The position numbers and the translations under genes were made by a program. A stretch of 64,000 nucleotides of DNA. Source: Octopus vulgaris (lineage: Eukaryota). The notes beneath the pieces are model-generated. The model was not told the DNA's origin. It made no database searches and was given only the letters and a program-made list of their open reading frames with translations. The stretch is taken from the NCBI GenBank assembly GCA_951406725.2, contig OX597824.1:9858001-9922000 (forward strand), written 5' to 3'. Shown here piece after piece: positions 42,887-54,613 of this stretch (position 1 is the stretch's first letter; each line of letters opens with the position of its first letter).

Positions 42887-43349
42887 ATTTTTTATTAACC
42901 ATAAAGGTCTTACATAGAGGGGACACTACAACACATTGGGGACACAAAACATCAAAAAAATTGTCGTATGATATGATGAGAAAAAGGGTGAAAATGAGAG
43001 ATGAAAGTGATGTTAACTGCCCCATCAGTCAACATCACTTACTTGTCCTTTCTTTTTCCTATTTTGCCATGAAAACCACAAAGTCTACAAATTCAACCTC
43101 GTATCTTTCTTCTAGTTCCTCCCTCCTTTCCGGTGCCAATATTCCTTTCAAGAACATATATTCATCCTCAAGTTCCTTTTCAAGTTCCTTCTCCTGATCT
43201 TTTGACATTACTATTTCCATTTTCTGATGCAAGTCATCTGGCATTTCTATCTTTCCCCATGATTTTTAATCTTTCATATAAATGTTTGCTGTCAATAATA
43301 CCTATACAATATTCTTCAGAGTGGGGGTTTTGCATTATCGTTTGTTTGT
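42887..43349 (-). pseudogene. TSD-flanked insertion, putative processed copy of an EF-hand/calmodulin-like mRNA
   Basis: CTGTGA duplicated at 42881-42886 and 43350-43355; ATG at 43335; one frameshift joins GIIDSKHLYERLKIMG to ...EVEFVDFVVFMAK*; UTR-like tail ending AATAAAAAA. Confidence 0.45.
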
Positions 43350-43754
43350 CTGTGACACCAAACGGAATTTATCCACTCAAGGAACGGGGAGGTGTTTTAT
43401 CGTCTCTTTCTCGTCTGCAACTATTCGTTTTCTCACGCTTTGTCTCTCCCCCTTTCTCTCTTTTACTCAGTCCCTCTAGATTTTCTCTGACACACTCTCT
43501 CTATCTATCTATCTCTATCTATCTATCTCCCTTCTTCCCTCCTTCCCTCTGCGATATACATAAATCTATAAGTGGCGAGAGGTATTTTAACATAGATGGA
43601 CAGATATATTATTTTGTCTAGTTTCTGGGTGATTCCAGAGTATAGTTGTTTTGTACGAACATATGCTACTACAGCAATGTATAGCCCAAAACAATTCCTC
43701 TTCACTTCATAGCAATTGATACTCATTAGCTGGCCAATATTTCGTAGCCATCAA

Positions 43755-44330
43755 GGCGGCGAGCTGGCAGAAACGTTATAACGCCGGGCGAAATGCTTAG
43801 CGGTAATTCGGCTGCCGTTACGTTCAAGTTCAAATTCCGCCGAGGTCGACTTTGCCTTTCATTCTTTCGGGGTCGATTAAATAAGTACCAGTTAGGCACT
43901 GGGGTCGATATAATCGACTTAATCCCTTTGTCTGTTTTTGTTTGTCCTCTCTGTGTTTAGTTCCTTGTGGGTAGTAAAGAAATAGGTATTTCGTCTGCCG
44001 CTACGTTCTGAGTTCAAATTCCACCGAGGTCGACTTTGCCTTTCATCCTTTCGGGGTCGATAAATTAAGTACCAGTTACGCACTGGGGCCGGTGTAATCG
44101 ACTTAATCCGTTTTTCTGTTCTTGTTTGTCCCCTCTATGTTTAGCCCCTTGTGGGCAATAAAGAAATAAGAAACTTTAACACGTTCTGAGTTCAAATTTC
44201 GCCGAGGTCGACTTTGCCTTTCATCCTTTCGGGGTCGATAAATTAAGTATCAGTTGCGTACTAGAGTCGATCTAATCGACTGACGCCCCCTCCCCCAAAA
44301 CTTTCGGGCCTTGTGCCTAGAGTAGAAAAG
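43755..44330 (+). mobile_element. SINE family A trimer with a perfect 17-bp TSD
   Basis: AATATTTCGTAGCCATC at 43736-43752 and 44331-44347. Confidence 0.93.
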
Positions 44331-44709
44331 AATATTTCGTAGCCATCTCTGTGGTAACTAAATCGTTAACATATCATAACCAACATTTGAACACGAAAAC
44401 GCAGAATGGAGCATGTAGTCCTTGCCCCGACACATTGACTGAATAAAATAAGCAGACGAGACATGGCTGGATTGCCTTTCATCATGCATTAAATAGGCCT
44501 GAAATAAACAAAAACAACAACAACAGCAACCAATCGTTTTCCTCTCTTATATTTTAAAAAGTTACTTTCATCACAATAGGAAATCCCATCTATCTATCGA
44601 TGTGTCTGTCTGCCTGTCAGTTGTTCTGTCTTTCTATTTGTCTGTCTATCTATATATTCTATCTATCTACCTATCTATCTAGCTAGCTATGCACCTATAT
44701 GTATATACA

Positions 44710-45070
44710 GGGGGAGTTCACGAAAAAAACAAAAGACGTAGACAGGTGGTATACGAAGCAAACAGATGTATTAGTATAACGCTCAGGAATTGAAAAAAGT
44801 CTTTTACGTTTCGATCCTACGCTCTTCTACAGAAAGGGACACAAAAAGAAAACGAGGAGATAAACAAGGAGAGATGTGTGTAGTGGCTACCGATCTATCC
44901 TCCGTCTTCCCTTCTCTGGATCTTTCCTTTTCCTATGTTTCTGACAAAGAGCTCCGCTCGAAACGTTAAACCCTCCTTCTTCCCTTCCTTCCTGAGCGTC
45001 CAATAATACTATACTTGTTCCACGTCCTCGCGTTGTTGTGTTTTCTCTTTCTGTTTTCATGTCTGGATTA
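44710..45070. mobile_element. Two related pLTR-like repeats in inverted arrangement, each with a hammerhead-like motif
   Basis: Motifs at 44801-44836 (-) and 44937-44971 (+); both are followed by CCTGAGCGT...TAATAC. Confidence 0.6.
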
Positions 45071-45087
45071 ACTGTATATATATATAT

Positions 45088-45190
<103 letters not shown>

Positions 45191-45469
45191 TGTATGTTTG
45201 TATATATGTATATATATATATATATATATATCCACCGCTTTTACTGCGATCTCTCGCCCCATACGCAAGTAACCTAGACGACTCACAAGCACAGTTTATC
45301 TCAGTTTCTTCCATTCAATCATTTCAAAAAATATTTGAATGATTATTTTTTTCCCAGTCATTTTACGATTCAATTTATTATTGAACAGTTTGTCGTGAAA
45401 AAAAAAGAACGTACAATTTCACAGCATTGTATCACTCTTTCTTTCTGCAATCTCTCACTCTTACCTGAT

Positions 45470-45818
45470 ATATGTATGTACGTATGTATGTATGTATGTA
45501 TGTATGTATGTATGTATGTATGTATGTATGTATGTATGTTTGTATGTATGTATGTATGTATGTATGTATGTATGTTTGTATGTATGTATGTATGTTTGTA
45601 TGTATGTATGTATGTATGTTTGTATGTATGTATGTATGTATGTATGTATGTATGTATGTATGTATGTATGTATGTATGTATGTATGTATGTATGTTTGTA
45701 TGTATGTATGTTTGTATGTATGTATGTATGTATGTATGTATGTATGTTTGTATGTATGTATGTATGTTTGTATGTATGTATGTATGTATGTTTGTATGTA
45801 TGTTTGTATGTATGTATG

Positions 45819-45851
<33 letters not shown>

Positions 45852-47470
45852 TTGTATGTATGTATGTATGTATGTATGTATGTATGTTTGTATGTATGTA
45901 TGTATGTTTGTATGTATGTATGTATGTATGTTTGTATGTATGTTTGTATGTATGTATGTATGTATGTATGTATGTATGTATGTATGTATGTATGTATGTA
46001 TGTATGTATGTATGTATGTATGTTGTATGTATGTATGTATGTATGTATGTATGTATGTTTGTATGTATGTATGTATGTATGTATGTATGTATGTTTGTAT
46101 GTATGTATGTATGTATGTATGTATGTATGTATGTATGTATGTATGTATGTATGTATGTATGTATGTATGTATGTATGTATGTATGTATGTATGTATGTAT
46201 GTATGTATGTATGTATGTATGTATGTATGTATGTATGTATGTATGTATGTATGTATGTTTGTATGTATGTTTGTATGTATGTATGTATGTATGTATGTAT
46301 GTTTGTATGTATGTATGTATGTATGTATGTATGTATGTATGTATGTATGTATGTATGTATGTATGTATGTATGTATGTATGTATGTATGTATGTATGTAT
46401 GTATGTATGTATGTATGTATGTATGTATGTATGTATGTATGTATGTATGTATGTATGTATGTATGTATGTATGTATGTATGTATGTATGTATGTATGTAT
46501 GTTTTGTATGTATGTATGTATGTTTGTGTATGTATGTATGTATGTATGTTGTATGTATGTATGTATGTATGTATGTATGTATGTATGTATGTATGTATGT
46601 ATGTATGTATGTATGTATGTATGTATGTATGTATGTATGTATGTATGTATGTATGTATGTATGTATGTATGTATGTATGTATGTATGTATGTATGTATGT
46701 ATGTATGTATGTATGTATGTATGTATGTATGTATGTATGTATGTATGTATGTATGTATGTATGTATGTATGTATGTATGTATGTATGTATGTATGTATGT
46801 ATGTATGTATGTATGTATGTATGTATGTATGTTATGTATGTATGTATGTATGTATGTATGTATGTATGTATGTATGTATGTATGTATGTTTGTATGTATG
46901 TATGTATGTTTTTTATGTATGTATGTATGTATGTATGTATGTTTGTATGTATGTATGTATGTATGTTTTTGTATGTATGTATGTATGTATGTATGTATGT
47001 ATGTATGTATGTATGTTTGTATGTATGTATGTATGTATGTATGTATGTATGTATGTATGTATGTATGTATGTATGTATGTATGTATGTATGTATGTATGT
47101 TTGTATGTATGTATGTATGTTTGTATGTATGTATGTATGTATGTATGTATGTTTGTATGTATGTTTGTATGTATGTATGTATGTATGTATGTTTGTATGT
47201 ATGTATGTATGTATGTATGTATGTATGTTTGTATGTATGTATGTATGTATGTATGTATGTATGTATGTATGTATGTATGTTTGTATGTATGTATGTATGT
47301 ATGTATGTATGTATGTATGTATGTATGTATGTATGTATGTATGTATGTTTGTATGTATGTATGTATATGTGTTTGTATAATATATGTACGTATGTATGTA
47401 TATATGTTTGTATGTATGTATGTATGTATGTATGTATGTATGTATGTATGTATGTATGTATGTATGTATG
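45470..47470. repeat. (TATG)n microsatellite of about 2 kb with TTTG variants
   Basis: Directly visible; source of the 680-770 aa pseudo-ORFs. Confidence 0.98.
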
Positions 47471-47946
47471 TATATATGTTTGTATATACATATATATATA
47501 TGTACGTATGTATGTATATATGTTCGTATATACATAATTATATGTTCGTATGTATGTGTTTCTATGAATGCGGGTGTATGTACACGAGTGGGAATGTGTA
47601 TGTATGGGCATGTGTGTACACAGACGCACACATACATCTCAGCACGAGCTTTAATGACATTAAGCCACCACTACTTTTTAAAGAAATTTATTACAAAAAC
47701 AGGAAAGAAAATTATGAATCTTTTTTCTCAACAAAACTTACGAATAAATATTCATTTACCATTATTAAATTTTAATGAGACACTTTCCGTACAGTACAAC
47801 TATAGCGTTCACATATAGTTTATATGTTACTGTCAGTACAACTGACGATCCACCAAACGTCAAGATTTTTTCTACATCAAAAAGATCTCAAAGACATCTC
47901 ATTTATGAAAATATAAAATTCACTAAAGAAAATTGTGTACCCAGAC

Positions 47947-48350
47947 AGGCGCAGGAGTGGCTGTGTGGTAAGTAGCTTGCTTACCAACCACATGGTTCCC
48001 AGTTCAGTCCCACTGCATGGCACCTTGGGCAAGTGTCTTCTGCTCTAGCCTCGGGCCGACCAAAGCCTTGTGAGTGGATTTGGTAGATGGAAACTGAAAG
48101 AAGCCCATCGTATATGTGTATATATATATGTGTGTGTGTGTCTGTCTATGTCTGTGTTAGTCCCCCCCACCCAACATTGCTTGACAACTGATGCTGGTGT
48201 GTTTACGTCCCCGTAACCTAGCGGTTCGGCAAAAGAGACCGATAGAATAAGTACTAGGCTTACAAAGAATACGTCCTGGGGTCGATTTGCTCGACTAAAG
48301 GCAGTGCTCCAGCATGGCCGCAGTCAAATGAGTGAAACAAGTAAAAGACT
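47947..48350 (+). mobile_element. SINE family B, full length
   Basis: Head-to-tail match to the other copies. Confidence 0.92.
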
Positions 48351-48399
48351 AAAGACATTGTTTGATATTCAAAATTTCTTGCCTCTGGTTCGTTGTATA

Positions 48400-49510
48400 T
48401 AAAGTTGCATATAGAAATACCGACAGTTCCAAGTTCTCTGCAGATTGTGTATAAAAAAAATATATAACCAGCGCTGATTTTGTTACGACGTTTCGTACCC
48501 GAGATGCCTGTCGTAAACAACAATAAGATCGGTGATGAAAGATGGATAAAGGGCGAATGTGCCATATTTCAGGACTTTTTGCTCCTTCATTAACACTCAT
48601 CCAACCTGTTAATCATCATCAAACTCATTACTTAAACAGCCGCTAAGTGCAACGGTGTAATGTTACTGGATATACTAATTTGCATAATAAACGTATTTCT
48701 GGAAGCTGGTACATAAATATTAATGACATGTAGAAATACCGTATTTCATAAAGCAACCATGATATACTATAAAGTTCATTAAACGTTTTTATAAGTCAGT
48801 GCCGTGTTCTACTGTGTTAGCAGTGCTATAACGTCACTCTGCATATATTCGGTAGAAATTATAACCAGCGCTGATTTTGTTACAACGTTTCGTATCCGAG
48901 ACGCCTGATGTAAACAACTGAGATTGAAGATGGAAAATGGTTAATGGGGCAAATACGACATATTTCAGTTTGTTTGTTTTGTTTGTTTTTTCCTTCATCA
49001 GCATTCACCCAACCCATTTGGGATCTTTTCGGTTTGAACGGCAGTTTTTAACATAATTTCTAGGAAAATAAAAAATTTTGAACTTCGTATACTGGTAGAA
49101 TGTGTTTATAAAACATCTTTTTCTATTGGCTTTATTGAGAAAATTCTATAGTTTGTAAGATATTTGTTGTTTTTTTTTTTTTCAATTTCTGCAATTTCAA
49201 CCAATCAGTGACGTCTATTGAGTTAAAAAACATTCTGTGCCGTATAAATATGTCCCTCGTTTAAGAAACAGATTGGGTTTATTTACATTTGTGAAGAAAA
49301 AAGGATACCCTTCCACCACCCCTAACCCTAGCCCTAAAAGAGATTGAAATGCAATAGATCGATTCTAGGGTCATAATTGTGGGTGACAATTTCATATGAC
49401 ACCGCTAGAAAAAACTGCCGTTCAAACCGAAAAGATCCCCCATTTTTTATCCACGAACACATTGCTTAAATGGCCTCCAAATATTGCAGTGTAACATTGT
49501 TGGTTACAGT
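48400..49510 (-). repeat. ~397-bp tandem repeat, each unit with a hammerhead-like motif
   Basis: ATAACCAGCGCTGATTTTGTTAC at 48464 and 48861; motifs at 48551-48602 and 48947-49010; third copy at about 53970-54934. Confidence 0.75.
49020..49440. mobile_element. MITE with 31-bp TIRs and 5-bp TSD
   Basis: GGGGATCTTTTCGGTTTGAACGGCAGTTTTT at both ends in inverted orientation; CATTT on both flanks. Confidence 0.9.
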
Positions 49511-50129
49511 GAACAAGGGAAGACGTGTAGTTGTTTAGCTCCGTCTTAGAGAAAAAGGTCACCGTCAAGGTAAGCCATTTTGTTTTTTCTGAGGTTATTG
49601 TCTTATTTTTATTACAGTATATTCTGCCCTGCTCTGGGGCATTTTCGCTTACTCTCGGCGGCCAATTTGTTGTTTGTTTTGCAAGCAAAGTGTATGTATG
49701 GCTTGTTGCCCGTAGGACTGTTTGAACAGCCGGAGAAGCAAACCGGAACTTTTTGAAGTAAATTGTTGTTTCTCTACAGAGGAGAAAAATTGAAGAAGAA
49801 TTATTGTTGTTTTCAAACCAACTAAGAAGTTTCGAAAATTATGGATTTGAAGAAAAGATTAAAATTTTTTTTGCTTAGTTACAAGCAAAGAACTGGATTT
49901 TACCAGCTGCAAAGGAGCCGGGATCGAATAGGGCCGAAGTACCATTGTGGCCTGAATTTTTTTTCCGCCTAGAACTATATATTTTTATTTACTCTTTGTG
50001 AACTGTTGTTTTCCCCTTTTCTTTCTTTTATGAACTATTTTTGATATGAACTATTATTTTCATTTCTTCCGCCTTTATTGAAGACTTGTAGCTGTTTCGC
50101 TCCGTCCTAGAGTAAAAGGTCGCCCTCAG

Positions 50130-50573
50130 GGTAAGAAGCTTGCTTCCCAACTACATGGCTATGGGTTCAGTCCCTCTGCGTGGCATCCTGGGTAAGTGTC
50201 TTCTACTATAACCTCGGGCTGACCAAAGCCTTGTGAGTGGATTTGGTAGACGGAAAGCCTAGTACTTATTCTATCGGTCTCTTTTGCCGAACCGCTAAGT
50301 TACGGGGACGTAAACACACCGGCATCGGTTGTCAAGCGATATTGGGGGGGACAAACACAGACACACAAACGTATACACACACACACATATATATATATAT
50401 ATACATATACGATGGGCTTCTTTCAGTTTCCGTCTACCAAATCCACCCACAAGGCTTTGGTCGGCCCGAGGCTATAGTAGAAGCCACTTGCCCAAGGTGC
50501 TACGCAGTGGGACTGAACCCGGAACCATGTGGTTGGTAAGCAAGCTACTTACCACACAGTGACTCCTACGCCT
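50130..50573. mobile_element. Two fused SINE B copies in inverted orientation
   Basis: Plus-strand 5' half at 50130-50255 joined directly to a minus-strand copy at 50256-50573. Confidence 0.85.
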
Positions 50574-50874
50574 ATGTAGTAAATAGTATTACATTTGTTC
50601 ATTTAGTGATGTTCGTTTAGTTTAGTTTTATACCAATTGAGATTAATATAACTACGATAAGTCAACGGGCAAATCTCTGCCTAGTCGCTCGATCTGCTAG
50701 AAATAGCTGCCAAATCTCCCACATATCACATTACGTTGTGTTATTACTTATCCGATAATGAAGTCTTGCAAGCCCCGTAAAATATTTGTTTGTCACGGCT
50801 GGAAGTCTGCTTTTGCAGTGTTTCAAACCAAACGAGCCTGAAGAATCTAAAATTACCATTAACCAATGGAAATA

Positions 50875-51088
50875 TTCCTTCCTACTCTAGGCGCAAGGCC
50901 ATCAAATCGGCGGGGACGGATAAGACGATCACATCGCCCCTAGTACTCAACTGGTACTTATTTTATAGACCCCGAAAGGATGAAAGGCAAAGTCGTCCTC
51001 GGCGGAGTTTGAACTCGGGACGCAAAGACGGACGAAAAACCGCTAAACAATTTACCCGGCGTGCTAACGATTCTGCCAGCTCGCCGCC
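50875..51088 (-). mobile_element. SINE family A monomer
   Basis: Head and body match; flanked by TTAA.C.ATGGAAATATT on both sides. Confidence 0.88.
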
Positions 51089-51466
51089 TTAATCCATGGA
51101 AATATTGGAAAATATCTAGAATACATTGTTTTAGTATTTGGTTTGCAAGATTCTTTATGTGAACTCGTGTGTTGAAACAAATTTTCTTGTGTCTAGGGAG
51201 GGTCATTGTATCACTATTACTAACACACGCACTGATTCAATTTCATTACTTTACTATTAGTCAGTTGGTTAAATACCTTAATCTATGGAAATATTGGAAA
51301 ATATCTAGAATACATTGTTTTTGTATTTGGTTTGCAAGATTCTTTATGTGAACTCGTGTGTTGAAATAAATTTTGTTGTGTCTAGGGAGGGTCATTGTAT
51401 CATTATTACTAACACACGCACTGATTCAATTTCATTACTTTATTATTAGTCAGTTGGTTAAATACC
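51089..51466. repeat. 189-bp tandem duplication
   Basis: Two nearly identical units starting at 51089 and 51278. Confidence 0.93.
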
Positions 51467-51808
51467 CAACTAACTAATTAATTGTCTGTTTATTTTATTA
51501 AAATAAAAAAGTCATTGAAAAGGTCGCAAGCAGCAACGAAAGAGCTTTGACAAGCGAAAGTAAAACAAATGACTCACTGTTTAATGACTCTCCCTAGACA
51601 CAACAGAATTTAGAATAGATTTCGGTAATTTGCTTGAAATATTTAAAATAAATTGTCTGTGACGTCATAACTCTTTTACTGAAAAAAAGAATTCATGTCT
51701 TTTTTATGGTATTTCATTATCTTTTTATCTTCTTCACTCCGACCTTCCTTCTCTCTCTCTCTCTCTCTATCTATCTCTCTTTCGCTTACACTTCCTATGT
51801 GCGTAATG

Positions 51809-51871
<63 letters not shown>

Positions 51872-51890
51872 ATGAAAGATAGCATATAGT

Positions 51891-51975
<85 letters not shown>

Positions 51976-52108
51976 GGACGGACGGACGGACGGACGGATG
52001 GATGGATGGATGGATGGATGGATGGATGGATAGGATGGATGGGTGGATGGATGGATGGATGGATGGATGGATGGATGGATGGATGGATGGATCGATGGAT
52101 GGATGGAA

Positions 52109-52421
52109 AATTCCTTCAAGACTATTTTATATTCTCATCGAAATTAATTTCGATACTCTGAAAATAGAACAGCAGCGAGTCTCGCTGAACATGTCTGGTA
52201 GTTAAAAGAAAGTGATACCCGTCCTTTCAAAATAAGCTGGACAATCTTGGAGAAAGCAGCACCATATAAACATGGAGGATATAAAGGCCCAGTGAGGCAC
52301 AATTTGTGAAAAGCTTTTCATCCCAGGATAAATACGCACTGAACCAAAGACGGGAGCTTTTAAATTCCTGCAGACATACCACGAAGTATAAAATGTCGAG
52401 CGGAAAAATACCGTACGAGTA
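52109..52421 (+). mobile_element. Penelope-like (Neptune-type) GIY-YIG C-terminal fragment
   Basis: [13 protein letters not shown]...[10 protein letters not shown]...ISWTILEKAAPY...LNQRRELLNSCRHTTKY, with stops. Confidence 0.75.
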
Positions 52422-52544
52422 ACGTTGACTTGCGCATGCATTTGAACTTGACTTTTTCACCTAAAAACCGACACCATTATAAAATTGATTTTAGATTTTC
52501 GCCTTTCAAGAAAACCTTCAACTGGATACAAACTATTTTCATTA

Positions 52545-53372
52545 TTATTACCTCCCCCTTAGCGAAGGCGGGGGTATTGTTTTCAGTCGTGTTTCTTTAT
52601 TTGTTTGTCCGTAGACAAGATATCTCAAGAATTGCTGGATGGATTCGGATGAAACTTTCAGAGAAGTTTGGCCTTATGACTGACAAGAGCCGATTAAATT
52701 TTAGGATTGATCCAGTGCCGCACAAGGATTCTGGATTATTTTTCTTGCTTTTTAACTTAATTTGTGAGAGCGGTCGGGTTCACTTTTAGGATTCTCGTTT
52801 GCGAGAGCAGTCGAGTTTATTTAAGATATTTTCATTTTAAAAATCACCTCTGGCTAATCGTTGGTGTCTTCTTCTTCTTCTTCCAATCAGGACTCACGCC
52901 ATTAGCCATAAAGAATAATCTCTAATACGAGCCTACTCTAAGCTACTAAGAATGCGTGTTGCAACTTGAAGATCCACCCACCACACGCGATAGACTGGCG
53001 GTTGCACGGGCACGAAAGCTACGTTGTTATCCTCATTCTGGGGTACAGAGGATTCGCAATCTAGACTAGGGTCTGAAAGTTTGCCACAGCATAGTGAGTT
53101 ACACCATGGTTCCTCTGCTTTGTGGCAGAAGTAGTAAGAAAGAGTGAGAGAAAGACGTGGTGAAAGAGTACAGCGGGGTTCACCACCACCCCACCACCGA
53201 AGCCTCGTGGAGCTTAGGTGTTTTTACTCAATAAACACTCACAAAGCAAGGTCTGGGAATCGAAACTGCGTTCTTACGACCGCGAGTCCGTTGCCCTAAC
53301 CACTGGGCCATTGCACCTCCACATCGTTGGTGTTACCTTGGTAGAGGTTTGCGCTCTCTGAGTGCTCTTGTT
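52545..53372 (+). mobile_element. Helentron/DINE-1-like non-autonomous element with nested SINE C
   Basis: Starts TTATTACCTCCCCC, has a subterminal inverted GGTAGAGGT and 3' hairpin GCGCTC-TCT-GAGTGC before a T run. Confidence 0.7.
52868..53322 (-). mobile_element. SINE family C long variant
   Basis: 11-bp TSD ATCGTTGGTGT (52857-52867 / 53323-53333). Confidence 0.92.
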
Positions 53373-54190
53373 TTTATTATTTTTATTTTCATTATTTTAT
53401 TGTAACTATTATTTTTAAATGCACGTTTTCAAACCACATCATTGTTTTTTACATTGCAATTTAGTCCATAAAAAACCTCTCAACGTTGATTTTTTAATGC
53501 ACATCGATAAAAGTGCATCTACAATCACCCAAAATGAGTTTTAAAGATATCGAATACTCGAATGGATTTTTTAGTAATTTGTTTTACTTTTTGTATAATT
53601 TTTTATTGATTTTATTACTTTCATTGCTTTAATTTACCATTATTATTATCATTGCAGCTTTGATAATGAAGATAATTAATTTTCTGTAATTTCTTGACTA
53701 TTCCAAAATCAAGATATGTTGTTCATTTAGCATGTTCATTTAGTTTAGTTTTTTTTGTGCTCCAGCATGGCTGCAGTCAAATGATTGAAACATGCAAAAG
53801 AATAAAAGAATACAATGTCGACAGCTACTATAGCAGCCAATGAGGAAAACTCTACGTAATAGCTAGATTTACAAGAAGTAGCAGCCAAATTTCCTCTATA
53901 TCAAATCCTGGTATGTTACATAAAAAATAGTGGCACAGATGATAATCTCAAAAGGAAATGACACAGCAAATAATAATGATACGTAGGTACGTTGTATTTC
54001 GTTATGTAAGCATAAAATACTATAAAGTATATTAAATGCTTTTATAAGTCAGTCCCACGTTCTACTGTGTTAGCAGTGCGTTTTACATTATTTTGTTAAG
54101 AATATTTTTACAGATAATCTGTAGAAATTATAGCCCGCACCGATTTTTGGTACATTTTTGGTACAAGTACTGATACCTTGAAAAATTCAT

Positions 54191-54613
54191 AGGCGTAGGA
54201 GTGGCTGTGTGGTAAGTAGCTTGTTTACCAACAACATGCTTCCGGGTTCATTCCCATTGCGTGGCGCTTTGGGCAAGTGTCTTCTACTAGAGCCTCGGGC
54301 CGACCAAAGCCTTGTGAGTGGATTCGGTAGACGGAAACTGAAAGAAGCCGATCGTATATATGTATATGTATATATGCGTGTGTGTGTTTCTGTATATGTT
54401 TGTGTGTCTGTGTTTGTCCCCCATCAACATCACTTGACAACCGATGCTGGTGTGTTTACGTTCCCGTAACCTATCGGTCCGGTAAAAGAGACCGATAGAA
54501 TAAGTGCTAGGCTTACAAAGGCTAAGTCCTGGGGTCTATTTGCTCGACTATAAGGACGGTGCTCCTGCATGGCCACAGTCAAATGACTGAAATAAATAAA
54601 AGAGTAAAAGAGT
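54191..54613 (+). mobile_element. SINE family B, full length
   Basis: Head-to-tail match. Confidence 0.9.

Noticed and set aside
45335-47818. 680-770 aa ORFs (MYVC/HTYI repeats) and similar ORFs at 1725-2788 and 25100-25660
   Set aside because: They are translations of (TATG)n, which lacks stop codons in most frames.
49319-49337. Telomeric CCCTAA repeats
   Set aside because: Only three imperfect units, internal to a MITE.
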